Source: Promethearchaeota archaeon (GTDB taxonomy: Archaea; Asgardarchaeota; Lokiarchaeia; Sigyniarchaeales; SOKP01). Taken from it: a stretch of 22,771 bases of DNA. The translations under genes were made by a program, and so were the position numbers. Every line of letters begins with the position of its first letter. Positions within the stretch are counted from its first letter, which is position 1. The notes under the pieces are model-generated. The model saw nothing but the letters and a program-made list of their open reading frames with translations, did not search any database and was not told where the DNA came from. The DNA lies in assembly GCA_018238625.1 (NCBI GenBank), contig JABCSY010000066.1:1-22771 (forward strand), written 5' to 3'. Shown here one piece after another: positions 17,286-22,771 of the stretch.

Positions 17286-17852
17286 TTATTTATTATATTC
17301 AATTGATAGTTGGTTAAATGATTGCGGGGTTCCAATTGTAAATGAAGTGTCTCCAAAGCAATAACATCTTATTACAAAATCATCAAGACCAGTGCTTTTT
17401 ACATATAACGAAGACTCAATTTGATGAAATGGCGAACTGGGATTAGCAGATATCGCGACTCTAGCAAAATAGTGATCAACTGTACTATTTCTATAAAGAT
17501 ACACCCAATATATTGCGTCAGCGTCAAGATCATACAACAGTAAGAGAAGAGTTATTTTATAATAACCCTCTTTTAATAACTTAAAACGCGTATTACTATT
17601 GTCTACGGAGACATAATTAGAATTATTAAACTGATTATTGTTAAATTCAATAAGCCAAGAATCATCAGTTGTGTATGGAGCGTAATCTTTATTCTTTGCA
17701 AGATCATCCCATAATCCCATGAGAGTTAGTCCACTGTCTGTATCTCCAGGAGCACTAAAAACTTCATTCTTGACGAACATATAGCCACTCAATCCTATTG
17801 ATCCAAATGCGATGATCCATAATAGAATTATCGCACCTTTTCTTTCACTCAT
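17286..17852 (-). CDS. Single-pass membrane protein with a C1q/TNF-like beta-sandwich ectodomain
   Basis: N-terminal TM; NTRFKLLKEGYYKITL, VYLYRN and terminal NQLSIEY recall C1q/BclA-type jelly rolls. Confidence 0.55.
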   Translation of the reverse strand: MSERKGAIILLWIIAFGSIGLSGYMFVKNEVFSAPGDTDSGLTLMGLWDDLAKNKDYAPYTTDDSWLIEFNNNQFNNSNYVSVDNSNTRFKLLKEGYYKITLLLLLYDLDADAIYWVYLYRNSTVDHYFARVAISANPSSPFHQIESSLYVKSTGLDDFVIRCYCFGDTSFTIGTPQSFNQLSIEYNK

Positions 17853-17939
17853 GTTTCATTTTACACCTTTTAATTTTAAAGTTATGAATTAGTTATTTTT
17901 AATTGAATTTTTAATATAAAAAAATGTTTAGCATTTGGT

Positions 17940-18581
17940 TCACTTGTTCGATTTAAGATAATTATCAGAAAGTCTTTTAAAAATTCTTCTCAAAGTTTCA
18001 GAAAGAGCAGATTTAGATATATTTAGACTATTAGCAAATTCGGTTAATGAAATTTTTCTTGGAATATCAAAATATCCGTTTTTATAAGCAATATTTAATA
18101 TTTCGTTTTGTCTTTGGGTGAGTAAAGTAGGTTTAAAGCCGTATCCTATACTTCCTATGGATGCTTTTATGCCTTTTTTTTCTAATTCTGTTAAGAAATC
18201 GTCAACTTTAGATCGATTAGTAATAGCTTCTATTCGTATTTTACCTTCTTTTACTAGTATTGGATATAATATTAAAAGCTCAGTTTTTATCAATGTGTTT
18301 AAAATCCATGGATCAACCACTCTAATGTTCATAATTACGAGATCACTTCCTTCAAATAAGATTTGGGAAGAAATCTTAGTTAATTGTTTCTTAAAATCTG
18401 AAATAAATTGTTTAACAGATAGCCCCCTTATTTGGAATAAAGTTATCCCAGCGTTATCTTCTATAAGAAATTTAGATAAGATATAAAAATTTAATTCGGG
18501 ATATTTTTCGTTAAATTTGAATAGCCATTTATCGTGAGGGATGTCTATTTCAAGCCTAATTTGAACGATATCTTGAGGCAT
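17940..18581 (-). CDS. Bat-like (HTH_10) archaeal transcriptional regulator
   Basis: C-terminal LTQRQNEILNIAYKNGYFDIPRKISLTEFANSLNISKSALSETLRR. Confidence 0.92.
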   Translation of the reverse strand: MPQDIVQIRLEIDIPHDKWLFKFNEKYPELNFYILSKFLIEDNAGITLFQIRGLSVKQFISDFKKQLTKISSQILFEGSDLVIMNIRVVDPWILNTLIKTELLILYPILVKEGKIRIEAITNRSKVDDFLTELEKKGIKASIGSIGYGFKPTLLTQRQNEILNIAYKNGYFDIPRKISLTEFANSLNISKSALSETLRRIFKRLSDNYLKSNK

Positions 18582-18610
18582 AATAAAAGAAAATTATCTT
18601 TTTAGAAAAA

Positions 18611-18629
18611 CCTTACCCGTAAAGTAAAA
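18611..18629. promoter_or_regulatory. Palindromic operator, copy 1 (CcTTAC-CC-GTAAAGTAAAA)
   Basis: Shares TTACCCGTAAAG with 19248-19259; 30-48 nt upstream of the regulator start. Confidence 0.6.
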
Positions 18630-18660
18630 AAGTAAAAAAATAAATAAAAAAAAGATTTTT

Positions 18661-19176
18661 TTAAGGTGTTGGTAACGCTGCAAGTACGCTAACATATGAA
18701 CTGAGGAACAGAACCGCTAATCCCGCAAGAATATTCAGCAATAGCGTGAGCATATTGAGTTTTTGCTTCTGTACTGGTGTGAATTTTTTAATTCTATCCA
18801 CACCCTGACTGCGGAACAAACTTAAGAATATCATCAGAAAGTATAACAAATGTTTGATACTCATAAGGGTCGAGTATTCATTTGCAAAGCTTAAAAAGCC
18901 CGTGAATAACCCAGATTGCGCGGCTTTATTAGACATAAGTAACCCGGTAATTATCAATCCAGCCATACTGATGTAGGTTATCAGACTAAGCTTTTTCTTT
19001 ATCATAGCGTTCAATGCTTGAGTTTCTTTAGATTTACCAAGAACTTTCATGACTGCCGGTAAAACGGTAAATGCAAGCGTCAACATACCCCCAATCCACA
19101 AAGCAGTAAATACATTGTGGAGGAAGTTAATCAATATTGGACCAATTATAACTGATATAGGAGCCATAAGGATCAC
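18661..19176 (-). CDS. CopD-like four-TM membrane protein
   Basis: FLHNVFTALWIGG...VLP, LIITGL, LMSIKH. Start may be ATG 19167. Confidence 0.7.
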   Translation of the reverse strand: MILMAPISVIIGPILINFLHNVFTALWIGGMLTLAFTVLPAVMKVLGKSKETQALNAMIKKKLSLITYISMAGLIITGLLMSNKAAQSGLFTGFLSFANEYSTLMSIKHLLYFLMIFLSLFRSQGVDRIKKFTPVQKQKLNMLTLLLNILAGLAVLFLSSYVSVLAALPTP

Positions 19177-19240
19177 ATCTATAGTTTTTTTTTTAATTAA
19201 AATGTATAGTTAATTAATATGTACTAATAAGTAATATAAT

Positions 19241-19264
19241 TTTTACTTTACCCGTAAAGGAAAA
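19241..19264. promoter_or_regulatory. Palindromic operator, copy 2 (TTTTACTTTAC-CC-GTAAAGGAAAA)
   Basis: 11-bp arms with one mismatch, abutting a TATA-like element (~19233-19240) for the minus-strand gene. Confidence 0.65.
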
Positions 19265-19351
19265 CTCTTTAGAAAAACCTTGAGGTTTTTATCCCTATTT
19301 CTAAAAATCTATAAAATAAAGTATCTGGAATTATGAGTTTAATTTAAAACA

Positions 19352-21016
19352 ATGACCATTTCTTATAAAACTGTTCCTTTCAAGAAAGTACCTAAGGTTA
19401 ATGATTATAAATCTTCTACGTATGAAGATACAAATCATAGAATTACTCAAATCTTAGAGAGTTTCTTGAAAGATATTGGAATAACATTAGAAATTTTATC
19501 TTTTCAGACTTTCATTAATGATCTTTGGATCAGTAGAATATCGTTTATTTCTGAAAAGGAGACAATTTTTTCGACATCTGGTAAAGGAAGAGGAATAAAC
19601 GCTAGTATTGCAAGTAGTCTTGGGGAAATGATGGAACGTATCCAAGCAGGATTCTTCTATTTTAAAAACCACAAAAATATAAGCTGTTTTTACTCAAAAA
19701 AAGACATTCCTACGGAGATGATCCTACTGAATGAAAAGTTTAATATAACTATTAGAAAGAATTGTATGTATCTACCAAATATAGAGCTGTATTATGATAG
19801 ATATATACCTATGCAAGAAATGGGATCACGAAAAAAAGTCTTGATTAATTCCCGCTATTTCTGTAGTTCAACTGGTTTTGCTTCAGGTAACACATATGAA
19901 GAAGCGATTCTACAAGCCCTATGTGAAGTGTTTGAAAGAAGCTGTGCATTCCAGACCCTCTCTAATAAGCGAGAATGCCCTACAATACCTTTAAAGGACT
20001 GGGGCGCCCAGTTCCCTAAATATATGCAACAATTAAAGGAAAAGGGAATATCAATCAAGGTTAAGGATTTAAGTCTTGGTAAAGGGTTCCCCGTAGTAGG
20101 AGTTCTATTCCACCATGAATCGTTGAATATGTATGAGTTTGGGGTCGGCTCAGCATCAAATACTAATCAGGCTCTAGAAAGGTGCATTACAGAATACCTT
20201 CAAATAGAACAAAATATTAATCAGAGAGTGAAAGATGTACATGATTACATTGAAAAACACAAACAATTCTATAAAATATTCCCTTCGATAGAGAAGTATC
20301 TTCCTTTTCAAGTTCTAATGGCATTTAATCATTCGTCTCATAACTTCTTTCCAAGTGATGGGTTAACATTTCTTACCCAAAATAATGGGACTTATCAGAA
20401 ATGGGACTACTCTCATAAAAATATGGCAAGCGAGCTTAAAAATATTTTAAAACTATTAGATAAATATCGATATCACGTATATCTAAAAGATTATAATAGG
20501 ATAGGTTTCCCCACTGTCAAAGTAATCATTCCTGAGTTGCATTCTGGTAGAGGTGAACATAATTTCTTTATCTCTAAGGAAATCCGAGATTTTAAAACCA
20601 AATTGATGTCTAATTTAATGATGATAAGACCTTCTGAACTTGATATTCTCTTAGATCCAGATTTCTTAATCTATACTTTTTATAATTCATCAATTTCTCG
20701 CTTCTTTAATTCCATGATAGAAATCCCTAATTGTGATTCTATATGGGAATTCTTTATTGCTCTCTCACAACTCTTAGGGCGTTCTGATATAGCAAAATTG
20801 TATGCTTCCTATTATAACCGAATATCTCCAAGAGAAGTATCTGTCCAATCTAATAAAATTAAAGGAAAACTACTTAAAAGAATACAATTAGTTACTTCTC
20901 ATTGCCCCTCTTGTCCTCAATGTTCTTTAGAAAAATGCGAAATAAAACAATATAAAAACCTCTATTCTAAACTTGTTGATAATAAGATATATCCATTACG
21001 ATGGCTGCACATTTAG
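19352..21016 (+). CDS. YcaO-family protein with a C-terminal extension and Cys cluster
   Basis: SGKG...ASSLGEMMER, SSTGFASGNTYEEAILQALCEVFER, ALERCITE, GFPTVKVIIP; tail HCPSCPQCSLEKC. Confidence 0.9.
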   Translation: MTISYKTVPFKKVPKVNDYKSSTYEDTNHRITQILESFLKDIGITLEILSFQTFINDLWISRISFISEKETIFSTSGKGRGINASIASSLGEMMERIQAGFFYFKNHKNISCFYSKKDIPTEMILLNEKFNITIRKNCMYLPNIELYYDRYIPMQEMGSRKKVLINSRYFCSSTGFASGNTYEEAILQALCEVFERSCAFQTLSNKRECPTIPLKDWGAQFPKYMQQLKEKGISIKVKDLSLGKGFPVVGVLFHHESLNMYEFGVGSASNTNQALERCITEYLQIEQNINQRVKDVHDYIEKHKQFYKIFPSIEKYLPFQVLMAFNHSSHNFFPSDGLTFLTQNNGTYQKWDYSHKNMASELKNILKLLDKYRYHVYLKDYNRIGFPTVKVIIPELHSGRGEHNFFISKEIRDFKTKLMSNLMMIRPSELDILLDPDFLIYTFYNSSISRFFNSMIEIPNCDSIWEFFIALSQLLGRSDIAKLYASYYNRISPREVSVQSNKIKGKLLKRIQLVTSHCPSCPQCSLEKCEIKQYKNLYSKLVDNKIYPLRWLHI

Positions 21017-21128
21017 TACAATAGGAAAGCGTGTTAAAAGATAAGAATTCATGGGAAAAGAAATTTTTAGGTTTTACGATCTCCAGTGTAATAATATTCT
21101 CTTCTGAAAATCTATATTTTAATCCTAA

Positions 21129-21569
21129 TTACCAATATATTACTTTAAATTGTTTGTTTATCTCTTTAATAACACTAAAATGAGCTTTATCTGATGTGAT
21201 TACTGTTATATTTCGTGATATCGCAATCGCACCATTTAGCGCATCTATTATCGGAATTGGTTTTCCATTCACCCTTAATAAATGAAATAAATTACCTAAA
21301 ATTCTTGCATCATCAACTGATAAAGAGAGAATTCGATTTTGATGTTCTAGCTTTTTTACCATCCTAGAAAAGAGTTCTTTTTGAAGTTTTAACTTTTTTG
21401 GATACTTTTTTTTAAAATCTTGGTCGTAAAATCCAACATGTATTTCAGAAAGCGAATAAGTTGTTAGATATATCGGTTGACTCTTCTCCGAAATATATTT
21501 ATATTTGTTAATAAATTCTTCTTTATTTCTCAAAATTCCAATAATAATGTTCGTATCAACTAAATACAT
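21129..21569 (-). CDS. vapC: VapC PIN-domain toxin
   Basis: YLVDTNII, SLSEIHVG, IPIIDAL..AIA, ITSDKAHF. Confidence 0.92.
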   Translation of the reverse strand: MYLVDTNIIIGILRNKEEFINKYKYISEKSQPIYLTTYSLSEIHVGFYDQDFKKKYPKKLKLQKELFSRMVKKLEHQNRILSLSVDDARILGNLFHLLRVNGKPIPIIDALNGAIAISRNITVITSDKAHFSVIKEINKQFKVIYW

Positions 21570-21571
21570 CG

Positions 21572-21820
21572 TTATTCTTCTCTAATAATTTCATTTGTTA
21601 AATGAGATTTACGATGATTTTGAATAATATTTTCAATTTCTACCCAAAGTTCTTCATCTTCACTGAAAATTCCTGAAAATTCTAAAAGAGGATCATTTAA
21701 TACCGGATTTCGCAAATTACAGAGACGAATAATTAAATCGGAATATGATTCGTTTTTCTTTTTTAATTTCTTTAATTGTTTATATGAGTTTTCGTTTAGT
21801 GAAATTGTTTTTTGAGTCAT
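21572..21820 (-). CDS. vapB: VapB antitoxin (archaeal DUF217-like)
   Basis: KTISLNENSYKQLKKLKKKNESYSDLIIRL, LLEFSGIFSE; 2 nt upstream of vapC. Confidence 0.9.
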   Translation of the reverse strand: MTQKTISLNENSYKQLKKLKKKNESYSDLIIRLCNLRNPVLNDPLLEFSGIFSEDEELWVEIENIIQNHRKSHLTNEIIREE

Positions 21821-21845
21821 TATTGATTATATGCAATTTTAATTA

Positions 21846-21863
21846 TAAATAGTTAACTATTTA
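21846..21863. promoter_or_regulatory. Perfect 18-bp palindrome, likely the VapBC autorepression operator
   Basis: TAAATAGTTAACTATTTA overlaps the TATA-like TTTATAA about 25 nt upstream of vapB. Confidence 0.65.
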
Positions 21864-22119
21864 CTACTATTTAATATTACACAAATGACCACATAACCTA
21901 TTTTCTCAAAATACTATTAAATAAATCTATTAAGAGATCAGCCAAGAATTCATCTGAGCCATATCTATTATCAAAAATCACATGTTTATGAACTAAATCA
22001 TCCAGAAATAGTGTTAAAAGCCTAATTTTACCCGATCATACCGAATAGGACAAATTTGTTTACCTTGAGTAGCTATAATAAAAGAATTTATAAAATAAAA
22101 AAAATATTAAAAAAATTAA

Positions 22120-22771
22120 TTATTTAGTATTAGCTATTTCTCTGCCGAATTCTACGCATTTTTCAATACTTTCATCGTCAGGGTTCCACATAGCGCGTAT
22201 ACCGTCGTTAATTACAGAAAAACCGCTCTTTTCTAAATGTTCCTTTATAACCTTTATTGATTCTCCGCTCCATCCATAACAGCCGAATGACGCCGCTTTC
22301 TTGTTTTTAAAACGCATTTCTTTAATCAATTCCAAGATTTCGGCGATACCAGATAGAACTCCTCCACCAATAGTAGGTGAGCCCACAAGAATAATCTTAG
22401 ATTTAAAGATCTCTGTAATTAAATCGTTTTTATCGGTTTTTGCTACATTAAACAATTTAACATTAACTTGCTTATCAATTTCGCGAATTCCTTTTGTAAT
22501 TGCTTCAGCCATTCTTTTTGTTCCATCCCACATTGTACCATATAATATTGTAATTTGGTTTTCTTGGTAATCGTTAGCCCAAGCTAAATATTTTTCTACG
22601 ATTTGGGTTGGATTGTCTCTCCAAATAACGCCATGACTTGTTGCTATAATATCAATAGGGATTTTAAGATCTAAAACTTCCTTGATTTTTTTATCAACAA
22701 ACATACTGAACGGTGTAAGAATATTAGCATAATATTTTAAGCACTCTGCATAAAGTTCATCTTGATCAACA
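22120..22771 (-). CDS. fprA: Flavodiiron protein (FprA/NorV family), C-terminal part; start lies beyond the window
   Basis: The frame is open to the window end (VDQDELYAECLKYYANILTPFSM). IATSHGVIWR; flavodoxin motifs TMWDGT, VGSPT, FGCYGWSGE. Confidence 0.95.
   Translation of the reverse strand, partial: VDQDELYAECLKYYANILTPFSMFVDKKIKEVLDLKIPIDIIATSHGVIWRDNPTQIVEKYLAWANDYQENQITILYGTMWDGTKRMAEAITKGIREIDKQVNVKLFNVAKTDKNDLITEIFKSKIILVGSPTIGGGVLSGIAEILELIKEMRFKNKKAASFGCYGWSGESIKVIKEHLEKSGFSVINDGIRAMWNPDDESIEKCVEFGREIANTK

Noticed and set aside
21051-21107. 18-codon ORF MGKEIFRFYDLQCNNILF after YcaO as a RiPP precursor
   Set aside because: Too short, with no leader/core pattern or Cys/Ser/Thr enrichment.
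1435-22570. Short antisense or nested ORFs in the track (e.g. 1435-1617, 2599-2790, 7781-8068, 11495-11857, 18118-18486, 22301-22570)
   Set aside because: They overlap well-supported genes and show shadow-frame composition.
1-22771. CRISPR array, tRNA, rRNA, transposase or integrase
   Set aside because: No periodic repeats, complete cloverleafs, rRNA-like tracts or recombinase motifs were seen.

Overview
AT-rich window, probably from an Asgard archaeon (Lokiarchaeia/Promethearchaeota). This is an inference from TATA-like promoters, oligo-T ends, a Loki-CTERM-like sorting tail and the gene families present. In order it holds: a partial DUF166-like gene; a GC-enriched, highly structured non-coding island (~335-600, minus strand); a kinase-like gene; two tandem coiled-coil/winged-helix genes; a six-gene ECF transporter operon (two Cys-less molybdopterin-domain surface proteins, a DOMON/EB_dh heme-type protein, then S, AA' and T); a DUF364 gene between two copies of a hydrolase 3' end; and a MoxR AAA+/vWA pair. 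After these come DUF308, GNAT, cupin, a C1q-like protein, a Bat-type regulator with a CopD-like neighbour, an orphan YcaO, vapBC and a partial flavodiiron gene. Strongest leads: (1) a probable -1 programmed ribosomal frameshift fusing MoxR to vWA; (2) an unassigned ncRNA with a cobalamin-riboswitch-like scaffold but altered ligand-site bases; (3) a possible molybdo/tungstopterin-scavenging ECF system. All family calls are from motif recognition only; no searches were run.
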